Of a stretch of DNA of 61,221 nucleotides, positions 46,001 to 56,001 are shown one piece after another. Numbering within the stretch: position 1 is the stretch's first letter; the number at the start of each line of letters is the position of its first letter. Origin of the DNA: Halocafeteria seosinensis (Eukaryota). The DNA lies in NCBI GenBank assembly GCA_001687465.1, contig LVLI01000605.1, forward strand, positions 1-61,221, written 5' to 3'. The notes beneath the pieces are model-generated. The model worked only from the letters and a program-made list of their open reading frames with translations. It was not told the DNA's origin and made no database searches. The position numbers and the translations under genes were made by a program.

Positions 46001-49000
46001 CCGTCTGGGACTTATAGTGAGGGGAGCAGCCCATGCATAGGTTGTCCGTCAGGGAAGACAAGCAAGGCAGGTGCGGAAGCAAAAGATCGCTGCGTCTTCT
46101 CCTCTCCCTCCGCATCAAGAGTTGCAACACGTACTTTCAACAGCAGTTCCACAATTTGTCAGTCTAGTGGTATAACTGATAGGAGTCTCAATGGCACCGA
46201 CGGTTGTTCTTACCGGGAAGCCAATCGTACGATCATGCGTTCACTCGTGGAATGCGGGATACCGACAATGAGGCGCATATACAGAAATTAAACAAGCCAG
46301 TTGGACCTAAAGTTAAGCAAGGTTTCTTCGATTTTTGTTACATGACAGTCTTATGATTGTTTCCGAAGACTACTAGAACTGGGATTCAAGAAGCCATGTG
46401 TAGGCCATACACAAGAAGATTTTGGTTGCCTCACTTTGTCATTGTATGCGAACACACATTTCACAATCTAGCAAGGCATGTAGACTAGGTTACGTACGGT
46501 AGGAGCGACGCTAATACATGTACCTGCTATGCAAATGAAGTAGTTGCTCATTGCGAGAGACGAAATGAAACGCGCCCCGGAGCCGACATTCAATCCTTGA
46601 GATCGCTGTGTTACAACATATTGGTATTACATAATGAAATGCGTAGCTTGCTACATTTTACCCTTATAAGGATTACACCATGTATGTACGCCTTCCTTCC
46701 CTCTCTCTCGTGACTTGGTGTATCTAGCAGGAAGCGCTGAGAAAACCCAACCAAACGAACATGTCGCCAACAAGGACCCTGTCGGCCCTTTTCCTCTTTC
46801 TTTGCTCTCTCGGTCTGTTTTCTAACGAAACTTTGGAAGCTCACGGTACAACGGTGCACTTTCCCTTTACTCATTGTGATCTGAGCGGTTGGAACCTTCA
46901 TCATGAAGGTATCCACATCCCATTCGTTAGCTGTGACGATGGAGGTAGCCGAGCACTCAGGATCCCAAAAAGTTCAACCCATAGAATAGACGTCGCATCG
47001 CATTCTCTTGGGAGTCCCCAAAAGCTACAATACTTTTCATATTACTATCTGGACTTGAAAAACAATGAAGGAGGTGGTATTCGTCTTTTAAATGGCGGCA
47101 ACCAAGTGGAGGTGGGCATCGGAACGAGTGAAGGCCGGCTTGACCTCCACGATAACGAAGGATTTAGGGAAGTTCATCGCGGCTTGTCCGACAAGGAAGA
47201 GCCCAGTGATTTGACAAAAATGGTCAAAGTTAAGATAGCGTTTGACTGGGACTCTACCACAGTTCATGTTTCATGGACACTGCGCTCCAGTACCACGCTG
47301 TTGCATAATGTCAACAGCTCCTTGATTCATGGGAAACCAATCCAGAGGATTGAATGGGCCAATTATCATAACAAAACAAACGTTTCTGAAGAAACACAGG
47401 GCCAATACAAAGAGTGGGGAGCGGGAAAGTCACTAATGCACATGGGTATCTGCGGTCTGCAATATGTGACAAGCAATTGCTCAGCCGGTAGGTACTTCAG
47501 CCGGGAGGAATTCAAGTGTGTCGAGTGTCCGCCTGGTACTTACAGCGAAGACGGGAATTCTTGTCATTCATGTCCAAAGGGTCAAATAAGCAAACCTGCA
47601 AATATGGTTATCAGCAATTGTTTGCCTAAGCAGGTACTCTTCACGTTTGAAGACCCAGCTCTTCATGGCTGGAGGATCCAAAGCGAGAGTGTGTTTCGCT
47701 CAATTGGAACCAACCACAGTCTGGCCATTTGCAACAACTCCACAATCTCACATCGAACTCAGCATGGTATCGCCTATCATAGTCTCGCTGCGCCGTTCAA
47801 GATTGAAGCCATGGCCTACACGTATTGCGGCCGGGGAGTTATTCGTCTCGTGAATGGGAACGGTCAGGCCGAGTTGGAAATTGCGATGGGCAACCACACG
47901 ATTCGAAGTCAGAGGGAGGCTAACGTAATTCCAATGAAGGCAGACTCCAAGTATGTAGGCTATGGTGGGGGCATGCGAGACGTTGGTCACACGGTTCTCG
48001 TCCATCTACACTGGAACAGTAACTACTTCAGAATACAATCCAGTGCGGGAGTTCACATAACCGAGGGATCACTCACTCATGGCCACCCTATTGAAACGAT
48101 CATCTTGACAAACTCTGGAGCATCAAATCACTCCTTATCCCGAGAACACGATCAATGCTTGTATATCCCTCGCCTTCAATATGTGACTAACTGTGAGCCC
48201 GGGGAGCACTTTTCTTTTAATGAATTCCGATGCGTGGGCTGTCCACTGGGTACCTTCGGAGTGGATGGACGGGAATGTAAGGATTGCCCGGATGGCACAT
48301 CTAGCGCGCGAGGAAGTTCAAACAGAGTCGACTGTATGCCTGAGCTCGTGGTACTTCCAGGAGATCGAGAAGACTGGACAGTGTGCGATAACAGAGTAAC
48401 GTATTCCACCTGCTACGGCGGCAACAACACGGGTATAAAAATTAGAGAAGCTTCCTCCTTTTCCACGGACATCGCTTCACATATCTTGCCACAGCCTAAT
48501 GAGATTGAAGCATTGTCATTTTTTTATTATGAATGGGGCGGTTCTGACGGTGGTGGCATCCGACTCTTCAACCGACAGGGCATTATGGAACTTGGCATAG
48601 CAACTCATAGGGAGTCCAACCTCGAAGTTATGGATGGCTCAAACGCCCCCGTGCAAACCAATACAAAGGCATATAAAGTGTGGTTCCGTGTGGATGTTAA
48701 TATTCATTGGGGAATAAATGAAGTTTCTCTCAATTTGATGGAAATGGGTGTCAACTCTACAACACTAGTGTTTTCCTACACCGGTACACTCAGAGTCGGC
48801 TTACCGATAAAGACCATCACTTGGTCAAATTATGCCTTGAGTATTCTAGGGTGGAGTCCCAGATCGTCTATACACATGCAAATATGCAGATTTCAATTTG
48901 TAACCAGGTGTACGGAAGGTAGGCACTTTAATATGAGCGAATACCGATGTGTCAATTGTGCAAAAGGTACCTACAGCTCGGAGGGAAACGTGTGCTTAGA

Positions 49001-49260
49001 TTGTCCATCAGGAAGGATAAGCGGCGAAGGTTCAGATGAATGCATGGAATGTCCGGCGGGAAAGTATAGTCGAGGAGGAACTGAGTGCAGGCAATGCGAT
49101 CCAGGACGAGGCAGTGAGAAAAGTGCTGCAGAGTGTTCCTTGTGCCCGTCTGGGACTTATAGTGAGGGGAGCAGCCCATGCATAGGTTGTCCGTCAGGGA
49201 AGACGAGTAAGGCTGGTGCGGAATTAGAGCGTCGTTGCTTCTTCCCCTCTCCCTCCGCGT
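43038..49260. repeat. Tandem segmental duplication of ~3.1 kb (43038-46116 vs 46188-49260) covering upstream region and ectodomain
   Basis: tcaatg(c/g)cac(t/c)gacggttgttct... occurs at ~43038 and ~46188. Similarity continues through the upstream region and CDS to ...tctccctccgc(a/g)tcaa. Confidence 0.9.
43619..46291 (+). CDS. Secreted Cys-rich protein, paralogue A (three beta-rich domains alternating with GCC2/GCC3-like Cys repeats; no TM)
   Basis: ATG at 43619 (MSPTRTLSALLLFLCSLG, signal peptide) matches the start of paralogue B. CxxCPxGTYS repeats. The sequence diverges from B after FSSPSAS and ends 890 aa from this ATG without a hydrophobic segment. Confidence 0.8.
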   Translation: MSPTRTLSALLLFLCSLGLFSNETLEAHGTTVHFPFTHCDLSGWNLHHEGVHISFISCGDGNSRALKIGTDSTDRVEIASHSLGSPQKLQHFSYDYADLKNNEGGGIRFLNCDNEVEMGIGTSEDQLDLHDNEGFRRVHRGLSDKEEPRDFTDMVKVEVAFDWDSTTAHVLWTLRYSNMLLHNVNSSLIHGKPIQRIEWANYHNKPNVSEETQCQYKEWGASQMYMGICGLQYVTSDCSAGSYFSPEKFKCVQCAPGTYSEDGNSCHSCPKGQISKPASKAISNCLPKHVLFTFEDPALHDWRIQGDNVFRSSGTNHSLAICNNSTTSDGTRDMAYHVLDAPYNIEAFAYTYCGGGVIRLVNGNGQAELEIAMGNHTIRSHRGADLIPMKTDSKYVGNVEGMPDVGYTVLVHLHWKNSYFSIQSSAGVHIAEGSLTHGHPIETIILTTSPGASNHSLSREHDQCLYIPRLQYVTNCEPGEHFSFNEFRCVDCPPSTFGVDGRECKDCPAGTSSTQGSANIVDCAPEHVVLSGDREDWTMCDSRATYSTCYGGNNTSIKVRESSAFATDIASHILPQPNEIEAFSFSYHEWGNSDGGGIRLFNRQGTMELGIATHRESNLEVMDGSNVPVQTNTKAYEVWFRVDVNIHWGMNEFSLNLVKMPVNSTTTVVFSYTGTLRVGLPIKTITWSNYASNFLRWGPESAIHMQICRFQYVTRCMQGTQFNMSEYRCVNCAKGTYSSEGNVCLDCPSGRISDEGSDKCMECPAGKYSRGATECMQCDPGRGSEKSTAECSLCPSGTYSEGSSPCIGCPSGKTSKAGAEAKDRCVFSSPSASRVATRTFNSSSTICQSSGITDRSLNGTDGCSYREANRTIMRSLVECGIPTMRRIYRN

Positions 49261-50390
49261 CAAAGTGCCCGACTGTACACCCGACGCCCACTATCAGCCG
49301 CAGCTCCCGCTTCAGTGCTTCTAAGGGGATGCTCGCAGGTACTTCGAGTCCTGAAGCAAGCAAATGGAAGTCCGCACACGCTAACTCCAGACAGGGTACT
49401 GCGTCAGGACTAAAGTCCGTTAAATATGTTCTTCCTTCTGCGTTCGCTGCATTGCTACTTATTAGTGCCGGTGCACTTTCTTATATCCGGCGCCGAAACG
49501 TTGATAGGAGTAGAGAATTCGACGACCCATTGGATATATATGCAAAGGGAATGAAAATTCCAATGCAGGTGCTTAGAGTGGGTTCTTCGAAGGAAAATGT
49601 TGCCCTCGGTTGCAGTTCCCACGCCCGACATAGTGACCATGCCGAACACGCGGACGTGGATACCACTGGTAGAGGCTTGGCCAATGAGGGTAAAGCGGTC
49701 AGTGTAGCTCCAACAAAGAAGCACTCCAATCCTCAGATATACAGAGACTGCCGAAGCCCTAGCAATCAGCGGCGCAAGGCGACAAAGGCAAGATCACATA
49801 CTTGTGACGGACAAGACGTACAAACATGTGAATTGACGTGCAGTGTAAACCCGCTCATGGATTCTCCTAGCCCGTCTCAAACCACACCACTGTCCGTCCT
49901 TGAATTTTCACAAAAGGCGTCTCCAAGGGAAGATAGCATCAAGATAGTGTCTACTAAAGCCCCGAATGTGAGAGAGGCTGTTCGTCGAAATGACGGGCGG
50001 GCTGTGAAGCTGGCATCTATCAGCAACATCAAAACTGGAGAGTTACGAGTACCAGAGCGGGCTGTACTAAATCTCAGACAGTGGAAAGCAAGGCTGCTTG
50101 CGGAGCCTCCGCCGCTCGTCGAAATAGAAACCCAAATAGGCGAGAAGCCAGACAAAACGGCTCAATTTTCCGCCAGCTCTCCAAGTGATCTAGATTTGTC
50201 CCAGTGTCAGTGTACTCGTTCCGAAGAGAAGACGGCAAGGGGTGATATTTCGAAAGAGGCAAAAAATGAGCAGTCCCGAAACAAATTCCAGACAAAGAAG
50301 GAGTTCGGTCAAACACTACCAGGGCTTGTGGGATCATCAACTAGCACGCGGAAGAATTTACCATCTCGCACACGAAGTCGGAAACGATAG
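46761..50390 (+). CDS. Type I membrane Cys-rich protein, paralogue B (1209 aa)
   Basis: Same ectodomain as A, then a Ser/Thr stalk, TM segment YVLPSAFAALLLISAGALSYI followed by RRR, and a ~300-aa cytoplasmic tail. Confidence 0.88.
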   Translation: MSPTRTLSALFLFLCSLGLFSNETLEAHGTTVHFPFTHCDLSGWNLHHEGIHIPFVSCDDGGSRALRIPKSSTHRIDVASHSLGSPQKLQYFSYYYLDLKNNEGGGIRLLNGGNQVEVGIGTSEGRLDLHDNEGFREVHRGLSDKEEPSDLTKMVKVKIAFDWDSTTVHVSWTLRSSTTLLHNVNSSLIHGKPIQRIEWANYHNKTNVSEETQGQYKEWGAGKSLMHMGICGLQYVTSNCSAGRYFSREEFKCVECPPGTYSEDGNSCHSCPKGQISKPANMVISNCLPKQVLFTFEDPALHGWRIQSESVFRSIGTNHSLAICNNSTISHRTQHGIAYHSLAAPFKIEAMAYTYCGRGVIRLVNGNGQAELEIAMGNHTIRSQREANVIPMKADSKYVGYGGGMRDVGHTVLVHLHWNSNYFRIQSSAGVHITEGSLTHGHPIETIILTNSGASNHSLSREHDQCLYIPRLQYVTNCEPGEHFSFNEFRCVGCPLGTFGVDGRECKDCPDGTSSARGSSNRVDCMPELVVLPGDREDWTVCDNRVTYSTCYGGNNTGIKIREASSFSTDIASHILPQPNEIEALSFFYYEWGGSDGGGIRLFNRQGIMELGIATHRESNLEVMDGSNAPVQTNTKAYKVWFRVDVNIHWGINEVSLNLMEMGVNSTTLVFSYTGTLRVGLPIKTITWSNYALSILGWSPRSSIHMQICRFQFVTRCTEGRHFNMSEYRCVNCAKGTYSSEGNVCLDCPSGRISGEGSDECMECPAGKYSRGGTECRQCDPGRGSEKSAAECSLCPSGTYSEGSSPCIGCPSGKTSKAGAELERRCFFPSPSASKCPTVHPTPTISRSSRFSASKGMLAGTSSPEASKWKSAHANSRQGTASGLKSVKYVLPSAFAALLLISAGALSYIRRRNVDRSREFDDPLDIYAKGMKIPMQVLRVGSSKENVALGCSSHARHSDHAEHADVDTTGRGLANEGKAVSVAPTKKHSNPQIYRDCRSPSNQRRKATKARSHTCDGQDVQTCELTCSVNPLMDSPSPSQTTPLSVLEFSQKASPREDSIKIVSTKAPNVREAVRRNDGRAVKLASISNIKTGELRVPERAVLNLRQWKARLLAEPPPLVEIETQIGEKPDKTAQFSASSPSDLDLSQCQCTRSEEKTARGDISKEAKNEQSRNKFQTKKEFGQTLPGLVGSSTSTRKNLPSRTRSRKR

Positions 50391-50729
50391 CAGATCCGTT
50401 GAACTCCTTCGCCGTAGGTAGTGCAGAGTTTGATTCACCCGTGAAAAATGTTTCGCAATCCTAAAGGTACCATCACCTTGCTCTCGGAAATCCGATACAG
50501 TCAAAATACACATTACATGTCACGAGGAATTCCGATGTATACAACGGACACAAATTTTTGTGCGTTGTCTTCGGGGCTCGGTATACTTCAACTTGGGTGT
50601 CAGAGCAGAAGGATGTGGTGTATTTGGGGGCTTTATTGGCCCTATTTTAGGTAGTTTCGGCATTGTTTTCATTCATGTGTATCATATCATTTTCGGTAAA
50701 TGGCATAGGGCTCTTAGGGAAGAGGAGAA

Positions 50730-51754
50730 ATGAGTGAAAAGGGCGAATTGGAGCGATGTTTCCGGTGTGACTTCGCCGATTGTGGAGCTGAATTTCGTCG
50801 AAAAGACCATTTAACACGCCATTTACGCTCCCATTACGACACCCGTCCCTACGTCTGTCCCCGTCAAGACTGCCAGCAGGCATTCCGGACGTCCTGGCAT
50901 CTCAAACGACATGTAAAACGCATCCATGAGCAGCCTCATCGCTGCTCCACCTGTGGCCAAGAGTTCATTAAGAAAGCTAGTTTGCATCGACATATTGTCC
51001 AAGAGCATGATGGTGTTCATCCGTACCAATGTGAAAAATGCCATGCTGGATTTTTCTCGGAACAGAGTTTAAATGACCACTTGAGACTGCATGGTAGGTT
51101 GAGCGGACCCCAGACCGGGGAAACCTATACAACAACCTGAATGGCTATTAATGGTCGTTTTTTTCTTTACGCTACGCAGAGAATCCTCCCTATAGGTGTC
51201 CCATGGCTGGGTGTGAAGAGGGGTTCCTTAAAGGCAAAGAACTGAGCAAACACATTCGGTCGGCACATCCGATCTACTGCAGCATCTGTGGGCTGCGGTT
51301 AAAGTCGGAAAACCAACGAGAAAGCCATGAGAAGACACATACTGTTCCTGCCAAGGACAGAAAACGATACCCTTGCCCTTTTTCGGGATGCTCCAGAAGT
51401 TACACCAAACAAGCGAATCTCAATGCTCATGTGAGATCGACCCATGAATGTCTCCGGTTCTCTTGTACGGTGGCCGCATGTGACAAAACATACGCTCACA
51501 AAAAAAGCCTTATGGAGCATATTCATCGAGACCATGAGGAGCTTACATTAGAACAATTAGAGGAGTGTATTACCTTTGCGAATACTAATGACGAAGAAGA
51601 TGCAACACGTAATGTTGTTGTACCCTCCCCGATTAAGTCTAAACGAGCAGCGTCACAGGATCCACCTCTGGAGTACTCGCTGAGCAAACGAAAGCTTGAT
51701 CCTTCTTTCCCAAAAACACCTGTTGCTCTTGAAGATCCTCTTTCATCCGAGTGA
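50730..51754 (+). CDS. C2H2 zinc-finger protein with 8 fingers, TFIIIA-like
   Basis: Two exons (50730-51093, 51180-51754). Eight CxxC/CxxxxC..H..H fingers. The finger pattern (e.g. RKRYPCPFSGCSRSYTKQANLNAHVRSTH) resembles TFIIIA. Confidence 0.85.
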
Positions 51755-52089
51755 GTGAAAAATACAAGAAGGCGTAGCACTACGACGTACCGGTAGTCAT
51801 GGTCGTCAACGACTCATCATGTGCTTCGCCGGTGAAGGGAGTGAAATATGGGTGTTCTCAATCGGGAATAATGCAGATTCACGTAATAGAGAATTGCTTT
51901 CCAGAAGAGACTCTGAAGGGTCGAAGACCTCCTCCAGAGCGGCTTCTTGGAGTCCTGTACTGCGGATTGCTACCTACTCTGGGGCACGGCTTGCATTGAT
52001 CACATGGAAGAACCTATACTCTATGGCAGAGGAGACGAATCGACGTTGCCAGTATTATGTCGGCTTCAATGAGGTACCCGTACCGTCGA

Positions 52090-53656
52090 TCAAAAAGGAA
52101 TCGTGTCCAGGGCCAATTCGTCGTAATGTCCAGCTGCGAGTGCCGTTTCGCTTCGGGACCGCTTCTTACGTTGATAGATGTAAACTCCCGCTATCAACAC
52201 CATAATCGATATAATGCTGCCACATACTATCGCAGCTATCGCACCAGTGCTGAGGCCAGACGAAGATGTTGCTCCAGGTGCAGATCGTGGGATACGGTTT
52301 ACGACCACGTTTCCTAGTCTCAGCGCTGCTGAGCCGTCGTTGTGTATGTCCCCAAGTAAATCCAGCGAATTATTTCCTCCAACCAATTGCACGGCTGACG
52401 ATCTCCTCAAACACGACATGTTCATTCTTGTAGGGAAGCTGCACCCTCGTCCCCAAACCACCAAATTGTGGTCGACATCGTGGATGAGTTCGGTACCTGC
52501 AGCAACAAACATATCCCCGAAACCATCCCTGTTGAAGTCTCCGATTCCAAGGTACGTTAGATCGACGTGAACAAGTGTGAAGCCTTCTTCCGATGGGAGA
52601 TTGATACAAGTCACGTGTTTGGGGAATTGCCAAGCACGTGAATTGCCGGCGTCCGAAAATGACTGTGGCTTCACAGTCTCTGTTTACAAACTTTTGATCC
52701 GGGCAGTACGAAAGTATTATCAAGTCATGTATCCCATCCCCGTTAATATCTCCCGCTGCTGTTGAAACTGACACCTTTCATGGTGTCGAAGAGATTGACC
52801 AAGTGACGAAAACGTGTAGGTTGGTGACAAGTGCTCTGCAGACGCGTGTCTACCAAACAAAATCAGGTTGTTTAATCCTACATCCGCCAATCCATCACCG
52901 TTGATGTCTCCTACTGCATTCATACGGTACGCTGAATTACTATGGAGTACTACATCTGTAATGTTGAACCCCGTCGAACCGTCTAAAGCATCCATGACCA
53001 GTACACTGCGCTGTAACTTGAGTTTCCCACCGAAGACTATATATACTGTGTGCCAACAACCAAAATATCATCGGTCTTATCGCCATTAAAGTCCCCCAGA
53101 ACTTGAGGGGAACCTCCCGTAATGATAAATCCGTTGGTGCTATCCATTTCCTCAACATTGATATGACAGTGTTTGGCTTCACTTCCAAACACCACAGCAA
53201 ACACTCCTTTGGCAAATTCCGAAGTTACAACATCATCCTTCCCATCTCCGTTGACATCGCCGAAAGGGAAAGGCACAGATGGTATTTTTGGCCACGGGTT
53301 GGAAGAGAACCCAATGGCTCCTAGAATGTAGATCAACGGACGGAGGAGGGAAGCTTCCATTGCTAAGGATCTCCAGGTCCGTGTACCTGATCTCCAGTGT
53401 CTTCTTCCCAGTAACTGCTCTTCTGGAACTCTCCTACTCTGGAAACATAAAATCGAAACTTTTACCTGTGCTCGTGGCTCCATCCTATATGGCGTCGAAA
53501 GTGCGACAACTCACCAATATAGAAGTTCCGTGGGACCCATGACTTGATGAGTCCCAGGTGTGCGGCCCGGATGGGGTTCCGGGCGGTTGGCCCGGAAAAA
53601 GTTTCTCCTGTCGATACACTGATATATAGAAGAGAGAAAACGAGTTTGAAAATCAA
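52090..53656 (-). pseudogene. FG-GAP / integrin-alpha beta-propeller type I membrane protein, frameshifted
   Basis: GDVNGDGKDD, GDFNGDKTDD, GDINGDGLAD, GDINGDGIHD and GDFNRDGFGD motifs are split over four ORFs by frameshifts near 53045, 52776 and 52635, with no room for introns. C-terminal TM GAIAAIVCGSIISIMVLIAGVYIY-QRKKR. The signal-like N-terminus lacks an ATG. Confidence 0.8.
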
Positions 53657-53845
53657 ATTTAACTTATTTGACTTTGTAGAGTCGTCTTTGTTGTTTGTCT
53701 GGCTCTTTCTTTCTGCGTGTGGTGGTGGTTAGAGAAGAAGTGGAAAACAGAATAGTTCAAGTTGAAGTAGCAAGTTCCTGACTTTTTTTTCAAGTGTTAT
53801 ACACACGATATACGAGCATTTCAAGTCGTTCCCGGTGCTCTAACA

Positions 53846-55479
53846 ATGGGAGGAGGATCAGATGCTACCAGGGCGGCTATCAGCATCGGAATCGCGGCGG
53901 GAGCCGCTGCCGTAGGAGCTGCTTCCTGGGCCATATCCTCCGCCGTCCAGAGCCATAATAGCAAGAAAAAGAAGAAAAACAAGGGTAATAAGGGCTCTAA
54001 GGGAGGTAGAGCGAGTTTAAAAGGTTCTCAAGGAGCAGGCGCAGCTAGCACCGAGGATAGTGTCTCGCCCAATGGATACAGCCACATTGCACGATGGCTT
54101 CATGCATCCCAGGGAGCCGAATACAACTTGGAATTGCAGAAATTAATAGCGCAATACCGTTGTTTGCGTGATAAAATCGATTCTGAAATCCACCCGGATG
54201 TCAATGAAGAGAAATACAAGAAAGCTGTCGGTGTCATTGAAAGGGACATTGAACGAACGATGCCCACGGAAAAAGCTCTCGAGTCCTCGTATCGCCGAAA
54301 TCAATTGCGTCGAGTTCTTACGGCGTATGCACTCTATGACCCACCTGTGGGCTACGTACAAGGGATGAACTATTTGGTAGGATTTATTCTATGTGTGATT
54401 ACTTCGTACAATGGACCAGATACTTCGAAAGATGGGGAACTTTGTGACCAAAAAGATTTGAAGTTATCTACACTTCATTCTCTGGTGGCTGACGGTATTA
54501 TGCAGGAGGCTGTTGCCTTTGCATTATTGACTCGCTTGATGATGCATCCTCGTTATCACATGCGCGGACTCTATTTGAGTGATCTCCCGGATGTGGCGAC
54601 AGTCTCTCATCAATTAAACAGCCTCATGGCAAAGTACGTACTAAGTAGTTTGTTGCTCGTCTATGCAGTGAAGTATCTCGTTTTCCCCTTCACAGACATG
54701 TCCCGGAGCTGTCGAATAAGCTGCAAGAGGGAGGATTAGATTCTATGTACTTTTTTGAATGGTACTTTACTCTATTCACATATGTCCTGCCCAAGGAAAC
54801 TGTAGCAGAGGTGTGGGACGACTTCTTCGAAGGCGGGTGGGCTGTAGTGTTCCGGGTGATACTGACCCTTTTACGCGTTCTTGAGCCGGCAATTCTTGAA
54901 TGTGACGTTGATAATCCTATGGATATGGTTACTGTCTTGAAGTCGTTCCAAAACTACTGCACGCAGCGCGTAGTACCCACACAATCGACAGATCAGAAAA
55001 CGAAAGGGCAGCTCAAGGATGAGCTGCGCCAGGCAGATATCAACACAGAGTGGGAGCCGGTGGAATCAGAAGAGGGCCAGCAAGGTGGAATGATGCTGCC
55101 TCCGCCACCGGATTTGCTTACTCGTTCGCGAAGTGAGTTCAGGTCCATTAACGCCGCAGTTGTCGACAGGCTGCGCAAGGAGGCTCAAGACAGCTTGGAA
55201 AACAGGAGAATTCTTCGGGCCGCTCACCAGGCGTCCAGCTCTGTATCTGATATTGAGAAAGTGTCCGGTTCCGGGGAAGACCACGATCCTGAGCATCATA
55301 GAGGAGAAAGCAGCGGCAATGGCACAAGCGAGCTAAACGAACAATACTCTACTTCTTCCTGGGACGTGGTAGATGAGAGTGGTGTCAGTCCAGAAAGTGC
55401 CAACGCAGTGTGGGACCAACTAGATATTGCATGGTCCTATGTTATGAACAAGGTGAAGCGCTATCCCCTGTCTTCATAA
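53846..55479 (+). CDS. TBC-domain Rab GTPase-activating protein
   Basis: IERDIERT (R-finger), GYVQGMNYL (Q-finger) and YFFEWYFTLF...VWDDFF. Intron 54634-54695 joins ORFs 53846-54739 and 54745-55479 in frame. Confidence 0.92.
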
Positions 55480-56001
55480 TTTCTACAGTTGACCGACAGG
55501 TATGTGATAATAGACTGTATAGATCCCCGATTACTGCTCTTGGTGCCTCGGGATAAATTCGCAACTATAATGATGGTATTTGAGACTCCACCTAGAAAAT
55601 ACCAATACGGTTTTCCCATTAGTATCTTTTACTTACGAATTATGTTCACTTGAGTGCTTGGCTTGACTTTGCATCTCGCCGGATTCGCCGCGAGAGTTCG
55701 CTTCTCCGGATAAACATTTCTTCGAGCCATAACATCAAGAAATGATTGTCGCCTCTCGAGCTCCTGCCAGATGGGTTTTGCAGTTGGCTGATATCTCATG
55801 ATTATAGAGCTACTAGTGCCACCGTATGAGAGGATAGAACAGCTCATTCTCGTCCGTGTGATGCCCGGTTCGAACTGGATCAGGAGCATCAGAATATTGC
55901 ACTTAAAGTCGTATTTGCGGGGGAGTCAGCTGCCGTCTTCGGGAGGTATTTCACCCCTTATTGGATTATACACACGTTCCAGTCTCACTTTTCGCTTTAG
56001 T

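Noticed and set aside
55629..56001. Short ORFs between the TBC gene and TRM1, including an upstream extension of the TRM1 frame
   Set aside because: No motifs or splice support. TRM1 homology begins after ATG 56002, although an upstream start for an organellar isoform cannot be excluded.
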